Shown: one piece after another, positions 25,463 to 33,924 of the stretch | Layout: each line of letters begins with the position of its first letter | How positions within the stretch are numbered: position 1 is the stretch's first letter | Origin: Solirubrobacterales bacterium | GTDB lineage: Bacteria > Actinomycetota > Thermoleophilia > Solirubrobacterales > 70-9 | NCBI GenBank assembly: GCA_044871225.1 | Contig: JBIOZP010000049.1 | Span: forward strand, 36,766 to 100,765 | DNA: 64,000 nucleotides | Reading direction: 5' to 3' | Made by a program: the position numbers and the translations under genes | The notes under the pieces: model-generated | What the model saw: only the letters and a program-made list of their open reading frames with translations | Database searches by the model: none | Told to the model about the DNA's origin: nothing

Positions 25463-26400
25463 TCCTGCGAGGCCTCGGAGCTCTCGATGGGGTGCGAGAG
25501 GACCTCGCGGCGCGTCGTCTTGTCGCGCCTCGGGACCCCGAGCATCTCCCGCGCCTCGGCCACCGTCGCCGGGCGGCGGCCGAGGTCCTCGGCCATCTGC
25601 CTCGCCTTGGCGATCAGCTCGCCATTCGACCGGGCCATGTCGCCGTTCGGCAGGTAGAAGTTGTCCTCGAGCCCGGCGCGCACATTGCCGCCGAGGGCAA
25701 GCGCCGCCCCGATCAGCCGCCACTGGTCTCGCGAGATCCCGATCACCTGCCAGTTGTTGGGCCCCTCGCCTCCGCCCGGGATCTGCTCCGCCATCAGGGC
25801 CACGTTCCTGGCGTTGGGCCGGATGCCGCCGCTGACCCCGATCACGAGCGACACGTTCAGCGGCTCCGACAGTAGGTCCATGTCGATCAGCGGGTCGAGG
25901 TTGGCGATGTGGCCGGCGTCGAAGCACTCGTGCTCCGGGCGGATCCCGAGCTCGCGCATGGCGGTGAGGAACTCGATGATCGTGTCGAACGAGTTCTCGA
26001 ACACCGCCTTGAAGACGAACTCCTTGCGCCGCTTCGAGTACTTGGCGTAGTTCATCGAGCTCATGTTCAGCGCCGCGACGTCCGGGCGCAGCTCGCGCAG
26101 GTATGCGATCCGCTTCTCGATTGGCACCCCGATCGCCCCGGTCGAGTAGTTGACGATCACGTCGTCCATCTCGGCGCGGATCGCCTCGGTGATGGCGCGG
26201 AAGTCCTCCACCTCGTACGACGGCACTCCCTCCGGCGTGCGGGCGTGGATGTGGATCTGAGCCCCGCCCTCGTCCACGATCCGGCGCGCCTCGGCCGCGT
26301 ACTCCTCCGGCGTGTAGGGAATCGCCGGGCACTGGTCGCGGTTGGCGACCGCGCCCGAGATCGAGCAGCTCAGGATCACCGGGTCCTCGAAGCGGCTCAT
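25459..26400 (-). CDS. beta-keto acid cleavage enzyme family (BKACE/DUF849, 3-keto-5-aminohexanoate cleavage enzyme-like)
   Basis: 313 aa from ATG 26400 (MSRFEDPVILSCSISGAV). Typical PYTPEEYAAEARRIVDEGGAQIHIHAR TIM-barrel N-terminus. Confidence 0.8.
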   Translation of the reverse strand: MSRFEDPVILSCSISGAVANRDQCPAIPYTPEEYAAEARRIVDEGGAQIHIHARTPEGVPSYEVEDFRAITEAIRAEMDDVIVNYSTGAIGVPIEKRIAYLRELRPDVAALNMSSMNYAKYSKRRKEFVFKAVFENSFDTIIEFLTAMRELGIRPEHECFDAGHIANLDPLIDMDLLSEPLNVSLVIGVSGGIRPNARNVALMAEQIPGGGEGPNNWQVIGISRDQWRLIGAALALGGNVRAGLEDNFYLPNGDMARSNGELIAKARQMAEDLGRRPATVAEAREMLGVPRRDKTTRREVLSHPIESSEASQE

Positions 26401-26446
26401 CGGGGTGCCCCCGGGGACGCGAAAGACAGGGGGACAGGGCCGGCCC

Positions 26447-26485
26447 TTGGCGAGTAAGTGGCGCATAGCGCCACCAACTCGCCAA
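26447..26485. repeat. 39-nt compound palindromic element, copy A
   Basis: TTGGCGAG-TAA-GTGGCGC-ATA-GCGCCAC-CAA-CTCGCCAA. Its reverse complement matches copy B at 36 of 39 positions. Confidence 0.8.
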
Positions 26486-26497
26486 TCGGCCCGTGAG

Positions 26498-28213
26498 TCA
26501 TACCGGCATCACCCCGTGCTTTCGCCACGGGCGCTCGAGGCGCTTGTCGCGCGCCATCCGCAGGCCGCGGATGATCGTTGGGCGGGTCTCACGCGGGTCG
26601 ATGACGTCGTCGATCACGTCGTTGCGCGCGGCGATGTAGGGGTCGATGGACTTCTTGACCCGGGCCAGCATCTCGGCCCGGGTCCGCTCGGGGTCGTCCG
26701 AGGCTTCGATCGCCGAGCGCCCGATGATGTTCACCGCCCCCTCCGGCCCCATGACGGAGATCTCGGCCGTGGGCCAGGCCACGATCAGGTCCGGCTCGTA
26801 GGCCTTGCCGCACATGACGTAGTAGCCGGCGCCGTAGGCCTTGCGAACCACGACCGTGATCTTCGGCACCGTGGCCCGCGAGACCGCGTACAGCATCTTC
26901 GCGCCGTGGCGAATGATCCCGGCGTGCTCCACCTTCGACCCGACCATGAACCCCGGAACGTCCTGGAGGAAGACGAGCGGGATGTTGAAGGCATCGCAGA
27001 GGTTGATGAACCGAGCGGCCTTGTCCGCGGAGTCGTTCTCGAGGATGCCGCCGAGGTGCTTGGGCTGGTTGGCGACGATCCCGACCGGCTGGCCGCCGAA
27101 GCGCGCCAGGCAAGTGATGATCGTCTTCGCGAACTTCGGCTTGACGTCGAGGATCTCCCCGTCGTCGACGATCTCCCGGATCACCTCGTACATGTCGTAG
27201 GGGTGCCGGGCCGACTCGGGGACGACGTCGAGCAGGCGCTCGGACATCCGGTCGTCGGGATCGGAGGTCTCCCGGACCGGTGGCCGCTCCTCGCAGTTCG
27301 CCGGGAAGTACGAGAGGTACCGCTTGACCACCTCGATGCACTCGCGGTCGTCGGAGACCTCGAGGTCGCCCACCCCTGAGATCCGGCAGTGGACTTTGGC
27401 CCCGCCCAGGTCCTCCATCGAGATGTCCTCGCCGGTGACCGCCTTGGTCAGGTGAGGCCCGGCCAGCGCCATCGCCCCCTGGCCGACGACCATCGGCACG
27501 AAGTCGGCCAGCGCGGGAATGTAGGCGGTCCCAGCGGCGCACGGGCCCAGCATCGCCGCGACCAGGGGCACGACGCCGGACATGGTCACCTCCTCGCGGA
27601 ACAGGTGCCCCGAGCCCGCGAACAGCGACCCGGCGGCCTCCTGGATCCGGGCCCCGGCCGAGTCCAGGAGCCAGATCAGGGGCATCCGCTTCCCGGTGGC
27701 CATCTCGCGCAGCCGTCCCACCTTGAGCTCGCCCGTCATGCCCATCGAGCCGGCCATCACGGTGAAGTCGTAGGCGGCGATGCAGCAGGGGCGCCCGTCC
27801 ACGTCGCCCCACCCCGTGATCACGCCGTCGGCCGGCGCCTCCCTGCCCTCCATCGAGCGCTGAGAGAAGTGGGGGCCGCCGTGGATGCCGAGCTCCACGA
27901 AGGTGCCCGGGTCGACGAGCAGGTCGATCCGCTCGCGGGCGGTGAGCTTGCCCCGCTCGTGCTGGAGGGCGATCTTCTCCTCGCCGCCGCCCAGCTTGGC
28001 GCGGGCGCGGCGCTCGTGCAGGTCCTCCACCAGCGCCTTCATACCCGTGGCCTCCCCCGCCTCGACCTGGTCCGGGGCCTCTGGCGCCTCGGCCGACGGA
28101 GCGCCCTCCGCCCGACGCGCTTCCGGTTGAGCGCCACCGTCCTCGGAGGCTTCGTCCCCCGCGTCCCCCGGCTCCCGCGTTCCGGGCGGCGTCTGCTGCT
28201 CGTCCATGCTCAT
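26498..28213 (-). CDS. acyl-CoA carboxylase carboxyltransferase (beta) subunit, AccD/PccB/MccB-like
   Basis: 571 aa from ATG 28213. An acidic N-terminal tail precedes the two-domain carboxyltransferase (GKLTARERIDLLVDPGTF, DSAGARIQEAAGSL, GGILENDSADKAARFINLCDAFNIPLVFLQDVPGFMVG). Confidence 0.85.
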   Translation of the reverse strand: MSMDEQQTPPGTREPGDAGDEASEDGGAQPEARRAEGAPSAEAPEAPDQVEAGEATGMKALVEDLHERRARAKLGGGEEKIALQHERGKLTARERIDLLVDPGTFVELGIHGGPHFSQRSMEGREAPADGVITGWGDVDGRPCCIAAYDFTVMAGSMGMTGELKVGRLREMATGKRMPLIWLLDSAGARIQEAAGSLFAGSGHLFREEVTMSGVVPLVAAMLGPCAAGTAYIPALADFVPMVVGQGAMALAGPHLTKAVTGEDISMEDLGGAKVHCRISGVGDLEVSDDRECIEVVKRYLSYFPANCEERPPVRETSDPDDRMSERLLDVVPESARHPYDMYEVIREIVDDGEILDVKPKFAKTIITCLARFGGQPVGIVANQPKHLGGILENDSADKAARFINLCDAFNIPLVFLQDVPGFMVGSKVEHAGIIRHGAKMLYAVSRATVPKITVVVRKAYGAGYYVMCGKAYEPDLIVAWPTAEISVMGPEGAVNIIGRSAIEASDDPERTRAEMLARVKKSIDPYIAARNDVIDDVIDPRETRPTIIRGLRMARDKRLERPWRKHGVMPV

Positions 28214-28992
28214 CTCCCCTTCCACTGCGGCTCGCGCTTCTCGAAGAAGGCCGTCACGCCCTCGATCGCGTCCTCGGTCCCCAGCTCGATCGTGAGCTGC
28301 GAGCACAGGTAGTCGAGCGCGTCGGCGAGCGGCATGTCCATCTGGCGCCACATCGCGTCCTTGCCGAGCCGCATCACGACCGGCGACTTCGAGGCCAGCT
28401 TCGCCGCCCAGTCGCCAACCGCCGCCTCGAACTCCTCGGCCGGCACGACCTTGTTCACGATCCCGGCCTCCCTGGCCTCCTCCGCGGTCAGGCGCTCGCC
28501 CAGCAAAAGCATCTCGTTCGTCTTCTTTCGCGGGACGTTGCGGTAGATCAGCGCCATGATCATGAAGGGGAACAGGCCCACGTTGATCTCCGGGGTCCCG
28601 AACCCCGCACCCTCTCTGGCGACGATCAAGTCGCAGGCGAGCGCGATGCCCAGCGAACCGGCCAGGACGTGGCCGTTGGCAGCCACGATCGAGGGCTTGC
28701 CGAGCTCGCCGATCGCGTGGAACAGCTGGACGAACCGGCGCGTCCCGGCGTAACGGTCGATCTGCGGCGCATCGGCGCCGAACGCTCCCAGGTTGGCGCC
28801 CGACGAGAAGACCCGCTCGTGGGAGGAGGCCAGGACCACGCAGCGGACCGCGTCGTCCTCGCCGGCCCGCCGCAGGGCGTCGAGCAGCCCCTCCATGAGC
28901 TCGGGAGACAGCGAGTTGCGGGTCTCGGGGTCGTTCAGGGTGATCCTGGCGACGCCCCCCTCGACCTCGTAGAGCACGACCTCGCGGGACAC
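28210..28992 (-). CDS. enoyl-CoA hydratase/isomerase (crotonase) family protein
   Basis: About 260 aa from GTG 28992. Contains VFSSGANL, NGHVLAGSLGIALACDL and FGTPEINVGLFP. ATGA overlap with the carboxyltransferase start. Confidence 0.8.
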   Translation of the reverse strand: MSREVVLYEVEGGVARITLNDPETRNSLSPELMEGLLDALRRAGEDDAVRCVVLASSHERVFSSGANLGAFGADAPQIDRYAGTRRFVQLFHAIGELGKPSIVAANGHVLAGSLGIALACDLIVAREGAGFGTPEINVGLFPFMIMALIYRNVPRKKTNEMLLLGERLTAEEAREAGIVNKVVPAEEFEAAVGDWAAKLASKSPVVMRLGKDAMWRQMDMPLADALDYLCSQLTIELGTEDAIEGVTAFFEKREPQWKGR

Positions 28993-29010
28993 GCGCGGAC
29001 CGTACCACAA

Positions 29011-29026
29011 AGTATGAAGTAATACT
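29011..29026. promoter_or_regulatory. inverted repeat AGTAT-N6-ATACT in an AT-rich island of the divergent crotonase/ACAD intergenic region
   Basis: The sequence agtatgaagtaatact is the only AT-rich stretch in the 109-nt divergent promoter region (28993-29101). Confidence 0.35.
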
Positions 29027-29101
29027 CTATGCTGCTCGCAATCGCGCCGGAGGCCGCAAAGGCCGGCGCGCTCGCCCGCCGTCCACCGGAAGGAGCAACC
29101 C

Positions 29102-30292
29102 GTGGCCACCGCGACAGCGACCGTCATCAAGCCCGACCACGCCGCGAAGCGCAAGCACCTGCTGTTCACCGACGAGCACGAGGACCTGCGGGAGTCGATG
29201 CAGGCGTGGGTGAAAAAGGAGCTGTGGCCGCACCGAAACGAGTGGGAGGAGACCACCTGGCCCCGGGAGGCGATGGAGCGGGCCGGCGAGCTCGGCTACC
29301 TCGGGCTCTGCTTCCCCGAGGAGTACGGCGGGCAGGGCGGCGATTACTTCTACTCCCTGGTCCGGGCCGAGTGCATGAGCCACTCGGGATCGGGCGGGAC
29401 CAACATGGGCTTCGCGGTGCAGACCGACATGGTGCTCCCGCCCATCCACCTGCTGGGCACCGAGGAGCAGAAGCAGCGCTACCTGGCGCCCGGCATCAAG
29501 GGCGAGAAGGTCGGCTGCCTCGGGATCACCGAGCCGGGGGCGGGCTCGGACGTCGCCGGCATCCGCACCACCGCGATCCGCGACGGCGACGAGTACGTCG
29601 TCAACGGCTCGAAGACTTTCATCACCAACGGGGTTCGGGCCGACTTCATCCTCATGGTCGCCAAGACCGATCCGGACGCGGGGCACAGCGGCATCACCCT
29701 GTTCCTGGTCGACACCGACACGCCGGGCTTCCGGGTCTCCCGCCAGCTCGAGAAGATGGGCATGCACGCGTCCGACACCGCGGAGCTCGCCTTCGAGGAC
29801 ATGCGGGTTCCCGCCGACGCCGTGCTGGGCGAGGTCGGGAAGGGCTTCTACCACATCAGCTGGGAGCTCCAGAGCGAGCGCATGGTCGCCGCGGCGGGAG
29901 CGGTCGGCGGCGCCGAGCGGATGTTCGAGAAGGCCCTGGAGTACGCGAAGGAGCGCGAGGCCTTCGGACGCCCGATCGGCAAGTTCCAGGTGATCCGCCA
30001 CAAGTTCGCCGAGATGGCGACCAAGATCGAGGCGGCGAAGCAGTTCAACTACGTCGTCGCCTGGCGCTATGCCAACGGCGAGTACCCGGTCCGCGAGATC
30101 ACCGAGGTCAAGCTCTACAGCTCCCGGATGGCCTGCGAGGTCGCCGACGAGTGCGTGCAGATCCTCGGCGGCTACGGCTACATGAAGGAGTACGAGATCG
30201 AGCGGGCCTACCGCGACGTCCGGCTGAACCGGATCGGCGCGGGCACCGACGAGATCATGCTCGACGTGATCGGCCGCAGCTACGGCCTGTAG
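29102..30292 (+). CDS. acyl-CoA dehydrogenase
   Basis: 396 aa with a GTG start 6 nt after GGAAGGAG. ACAD motifs GITEPGAGSDVAG, FITNG and QILGGYGYMKEYEIERAYRDVR. Confidence 0.9.
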   Translation: MATATATVIKPDHAAKRKHLLFTDEHEDLRESMQAWVKKELWPHRNEWEETTWPREAMERAGELGYLGLCFPEEYGGQGGDYFYSLVRAECMSHSGSGGTNMGFAVQTDMVLPPIHLLGTEEQKQRYLAPGIKGEKVGCLGITEPGAGSDVAGIRTTAIRDGDEYVVNGSKTFITNGVRADFILMVAKTDPDAGHSGITLFLVDTDTPGFRVSRQLEKMGMHASDTAELAFEDMRVPADAVLGEVGKGFYHISWELQSERMVAAAGAVGGAERMFEKALEYAKEREAFGRPIGKFQVIRHKFAEMATKIEAAKQFNYVVAWRYANGEYPVREITEVKLYSSRMACEVADECVQILGGYGYMKEYEIERAYRDVRLNRIGAGTDEIMLDVIGRSYGL

Positions 30293-30308
30293 GCCGGGGG
30301 ACCGCGCC

Positions 30309-30752
30309 ATCGCCAACCTCGACCACATCCGCTCCTACTACGAGGCGCTCAACACGGGCGACCCCGAGCTCGTGGCGTCGCACTTCACCGACGACGCGAC
30401 TCACTACTACACCCGGCTCGGGCCCCATCAAGGCGCCACCGCGATCGGCGAGAACACGAAGTGGGCGGTCGAGAACATCGACGGGCAATGGTGGCTCGAG
30501 CATGGGATCGAGTCCGGCGACGAGGCCGTGATCGAGTGGACGATGACCTGGCGCGACCCGAAGTCGGGCGAGCGGCGCCTGAACCGGGGTACCGAGTGGT
30601 TTCGGCTTCGCGACGGGAAAATCGCCGAGGTGCGCGCGTACCACCACGGCGACAGGAAGAACCCGGAGGGCAACCTGCTGGGCTTCGACCACGGCGGCAG
30701 GGGCCACACGACGATCGAGGACTGGAAGCCGCCGGCCGGCAGTCGCGGCTGA
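30309..30752 (+). CDS. SnoaL-like / NTF2-fold protein (start codon problematic)
   Basis: The track ORF starts at GTG 30372. High-GC3 in-frame sequence upstream encodes IANLDHIRSYYEALNTGDPELVASHF, the typical first helix of SnoaL-like proteins. No ATG, GTG or TTG occurs between the in-frame stop (30267) and 30372. ATC 30309 lies 7 nt after GGGGGA. Confidence 0.6.
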   Translation: MANLDHIRSYYEALNTGDPELVASHFTDDATHYYTRLGPHQGATAIGENTKWAVENIDGQWWLEHGIESGDEAVIEWTMTWRDPKSGERRLNRGTEWFRLRDGKIAEVRAYHHGDRKNPEGNLLGFDHGGRGHTTIEDWKPPAGSRG

Positions 30753-30756
30753 GGGC

Positions 30757-31941
30757 GTGAAGGCCCCCGTGGTCAAGGACAGCGGCGAGCGTTCGCTGCT
30801 GCCTCCCTTCACCGACGAGCACGGGGAGCTGCGCGAGACGGTGCGCCGCTTCGTGCGCAACGAGATCGCCCCGCGCGTGGACGACTGGGAGGAGGCGCGG
30901 GAGTTCCCGCGGGAGCTCTTCGCCCGCTGCGGAGAGCTTGGCTTCCTGGGCCTGAAGTTCCCGGAGCAGTACGGCGGGCAGGGCGGAACCCACGTCCACG
31001 ACGCCGTTTGGATCGAGGAGCTGTCGCGCTCGGGCGGCTCGGGAGGGGTGGCGGCGGGGCTGAACGCCCACGCGACGATCGCGATGCCTCCGGTGTTCAA
31101 CTTCGGCACGGAGGAGCAGCGGCAGCGCTGGATCGTGCCGGGCATTCGCGGCGAGAAGATCGGCGCGCTGGGCATCACCGAGCCCGGCGCGGGCTCCGAC
31201 GTGGCCGGGATTCGCACCTTCGCGCGCAAAGTGCCGGGCGGCTACGTGGTCAACGGCTCGAAGACGTTCATCACCAACGGCGTGCGGGCCGACTTCTTGG
31301 CCTGTGCGGTCAAGACCACCGAGGAGGGCGGCCACCACGGCCTCTCCTTCCTCGTCCTGGAACGCGAGATGCCGGGCTACGAGGTCACGGCGAAGCTCGA
31401 GAAGATGGGTTGGCACGCTTCCGACACCGGCGAGCTGACCTTCACCGACGTCGAGGTCCCGGACGAGAACCTGCTCGGCGAGGAGAACGGCGGCTTCTAC
31501 CTGATCATGGCCAACTTCCAGTGGGAGCGCTTGTCGATGGCCCTGGCGGCGGTCGGCGGCATGCAGCGGGTCTTCGAGGTGACGCTCGCCTACGCGAAGG
31601 AGCGCCAGGCCTTCGGCCGCCCGATCGGCAGGTTCCAGGCGATCCGCCACAAGTTCGCCGAGATGGCGACCAGGATCGAGGCCGCCCGCACCCTCACCTA
31701 CAACGGGCTGCGGCTGTTCGCCGCCGGCCAGGACGCTCTGCGCGAGGTGACGATGGCGAAGCTCTTCACCCAGCGAGCGATGCTCGAGATCGCCGACGAG
31801 TGCCTGCAGATCCACGGCGGCTACGGCTACATGCGCGAGTTCGGGATCGAGCGGGCGGTGCGCGACGCCCGCCTCGGCCCGATCGGCGGCGGCACCGACG
31901 AGGTCATGAAGGAGATCCTCGGCCGCCAGCTCGGGCTCTAG
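30757..31941 (+). CDS. acyl-CoA dehydrogenase (second paralog)
   Basis: 394 aa with a GTG start. Contains GITEPGAGSDVAG, FITNG and QIHGGYGYMREFGIERAVRDAR. Confidence 0.9.
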   Translation: MKAPVVKDSGERSLLPPFTDEHGELRETVRRFVRNEIAPRVDDWEEAREFPRELFARCGELGFLGLKFPEQYGGQGGTHVHDAVWIEELSRSGGSGGVAAGLNAHATIAMPPVFNFGTEEQRQRWIVPGIRGEKIGALGITEPGAGSDVAGIRTFARKVPGGYVVNGSKTFITNGVRADFLACAVKTTEEGGHHGLSFLVLEREMPGYEVTAKLEKMGWHASDTGELTFTDVEVPDENLLGEENGGFYLIMANFQWERLSMALAAVGGMQRVFEVTLAYAKERQAFGRPIGRFQAIRHKFAEMATRIEAARTLTYNGLRLFAAGQDALREVTMAKLFTQRAMLEIADECLQIHGGYGYMREFGIERAVRDARLGPIGGGTDEVMKEILGRQLGL

Positions 31942-32026
31942 CGCTGCATTACGGGTGCACCGGCTCGAGACCGACCAGTAGTTTCCCGTCCCGCAAACCA
32001 CCGTCCCGAGAGGAGAACGAGCGCAG

Positions 32027-32854
32027 ATGGGACTACTCGACGGCAAGGCGGCGATCATCACGGGCTCGGCCCGCGGCATCGGCCGGGCCACCGCGGACCT
32101 GTTCGTGAGCGAGGGCGCCAGGGTCTTGATCAACGACATCGACGGCGACGTCGCCGAGCAGGCCGCCGGCGAGATCGAGGGGGAGACCGCCGTGTTCGCC
32201 GGCGACCTCACCAAGCCCGGTGTGCCCGAGGAGCTGGTCGAGAGCGCCAACCAGGCGTTCGGGCAGGTGGACATCGTCGTCAACAACGCCGGCTACACCT
32301 GGGACGGCGTGATCCACAAGATGAGCGACGAGCAGTTCCAGGCGATGCTCGACATCCACACGGTGGTCCCGTTTCGAGTGATCAGGGCACTCGCCCCTCA
32401 CTGGCGCGAGGCGGCGAAGCAGGAACAGGGCGAGGGCCGCGAGGTGTTCCGCAAGATCGTCAACGTCACCTCGATCTCGGGGACGATGGGGAACGCCGGC
32501 CAAGCCAACTACTCCTCGGCGAAGGCCGGGGTCACGGGGCTCACGAAGACGATCGCCAAGGAGTGGGGGCAGTTCAAGGTCAACGTCAACGCGGTCGCCT
32601 TCGGCTTCGTCGAGACGCGCCTCACCGCCGCCAAGGAAGGGGCCGAGGCGATCGAGCGCGAGGGCGAGAAGATCGAGCTCGGAATCCCGGAGCAGCAGCG
32701 CGCGATGGCGTCGATGATCATCCCCCTGGGTCGCCCGGCCCAGCCGTCCGAAGCGGCGAAGCCCGTCCTGTTCCTGGCCTCCGACCTGTCGAACTACGTC
32801 CACGGACAGGTCCTGAACGTGACCGGGGGCCAGTTCGGCGGCATGGGCACGTAG
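32027..32854 (+). CDS. SDR family oxidoreductase (3-oxoacyl/3-hydroxyacyl reductase-like)
   Basis: 275 aa. Contains ITGSARGIGRA, NNAG and the catalytic YSSAKAG. Confidence 0.85.
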   Translation: MGLLDGKAAIITGSARGIGRATADLFVSEGARVLINDIDGDVAEQAAGEIEGETAVFAGDLTKPGVPEELVESANQAFGQVDIVVNNAGYTWDGVIHKMSDEQFQAMLDIHTVVPFRVIRALAPHWREAAKQEQGEGREVFRKIVNVTSISGTMGNAGQANYSSAKAGVTGLTKTIAKEWGQFKVNVNAVAFGFVETRLTAAKEGAEAIEREGEKIELGIPEQQRAMASMIIPLGRPAQPSEAAKPVLFLASDLSNYVHGQVLNVTGGQFGGMGT

Positions 32855-32889
32855 GAAACCGTCCCCCCGGGTCCTCGCGAGGATCCTGA

Positions 32890-32928
32890 TTGGCGACTTA
32901 GTGGCGCTATGCGCCACTTTCTCGCCAA
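32890..32928. repeat. 39-nt compound palindromic element, copy B
   Basis: TTGGCGAC-TTA-GTGGCGC-TAT-GCGCCAC-TTT-CTCGCCAA, between convergent SDR genes. A separate 12-nt palindrome TCCTCGCGAGGA lies just upstream at 32872-32883. Confidence 0.8.
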
Positions 32929-32966
32929 CTCGGTCGCGAACTACCGCGACCCGCCCTCGCCGATGT

Positions 32967-33875
32967 TCAGTCCTCGGGACGGCGCTCCTCGGCCAGCGGC
33001 TCGCCGGACTCGCCGGTGACCGCGGGCGGCGGCCAGGCGCCGAACCAGTTGTCCCGCGCGCCGTCGAGCGTGACGACGGAGCCCGAGAAGAAATCGCCAG
33101 CGGGCGAGGCCAGGTAGGCGATCAGCCAGGCCATCTCCTTGGGTCGGCCCAGGCGCTGCAGCGGCACGGTCCGGACCACGTTCTCCGCCACCTCGCGGGG
33201 ATACTTCGTTCGCAGCACCTCGGTGTCGAACTGGCCCGCCGCGACGGCGCAGAGCTTGACATGGAAGCGCGCCCACTCGATCGAGAGCGTTCGCATCATG
33301 TTCTCGACCGCCGCCCTGGCCGCGCCGGAGTGGACCATCCCCGGCATCCCGTGATGCGGCGAGAGGGTCACGCTGATCACCTTTCCCGCCCGCTGGGGGA
33401 TGAACGCCTTCGTGGCCGCAGCGTGGGTCATCTGCCACGTTCCCTGGACGTTCAGGTCGACCACCGTGCGAAAGCCCTTCGCGGTGATCGCCTCGGCCGG
33501 GCTCAGGAACTGCCCACCGGCGTTGTTGACGAGCACGTCCAACCGCCCGTGCCGCTCGAGGACCCCGTCGAACAGGCGCTCGACGGCCTCGGCGTCGCGG
33601 ATGTCCATCGGCTCCGCCTCCGCGAGCCCACCGGACTCCCCGATCGCCTCGACGGTCTCGTCGAGCGGCTCGGGTCGTCGCCCGCAGCCGACCACCGTCG
33701 CCCCCAGCGCGGCAAGCTCCACGGCCGTCGCCCGGCCCAGGCCGGTGCCGGCTCCCGAGACCACGCAGACGGCGCCCTCCAGGAGTCCCGGCCGAAAGAT
33801 TCGTGATGGGGCGTCGTCGCTCACGGCTCGTCGCTGACCGCGCGAGCTTATCCGCGGCAAGGCGTCGCCCGGCAC
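32967..33875 (-). CDS. SDR family oxidoreductase (enoyl/dienoyl-CoA reductase-like)
   Basis: Contains VVSGAGTGLGRA and NNAGG. GTG 33875 or GTG 33824 are possible starts. Confidence 0.8.
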   Translation of the reverse strand: MPGDALPRISSRGQRRAVSDDAPSRIFRPGLLEGAVCVVSGAGTGLGRATAVELAALGATVVGCGRRPEPLDETVEAIGESGGLAEAEPMDIRDAEAVERLFDGVLERHGRLDVLVNNAGGQFLSPAEAITAKGFRTVVDLNVQGTWQMTHAAATKAFIPQRAGKVISVTLSPHHGMPGMVHSGAARAAVENMMRTLSIEWARFHVKLCAVAAGQFDTEVLRTKYPREVAENVVRTVPLQRLGRPKEMAWLIAYLASPAGDFFSGSVVTLDGARDNWFGAWPPPAVTGESGEPLAEERRPED

Positions 33876-33924
33876 GCGCCACCGCGCCTGCGCCCGACAC
33901 CTGCCCCGCTACGCTGACCCGCCC

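Noticed and set aside
24224-29008. The 753-aa (24224-26485) and 836-aa (26498-29008) track ORFs read as single large fusion proteins. The same applies to 44946-47012 and 50504-52234.
   Set aside because: In each case the 5' part is a wrong-frame read-through of a neighbouring gene that has its own clear frame and motifs: BKACE, crotonase, MarR and NUDIX respectively. Internal GTG or ATG starts with 4-nt overlaps give normal-sized proteins.
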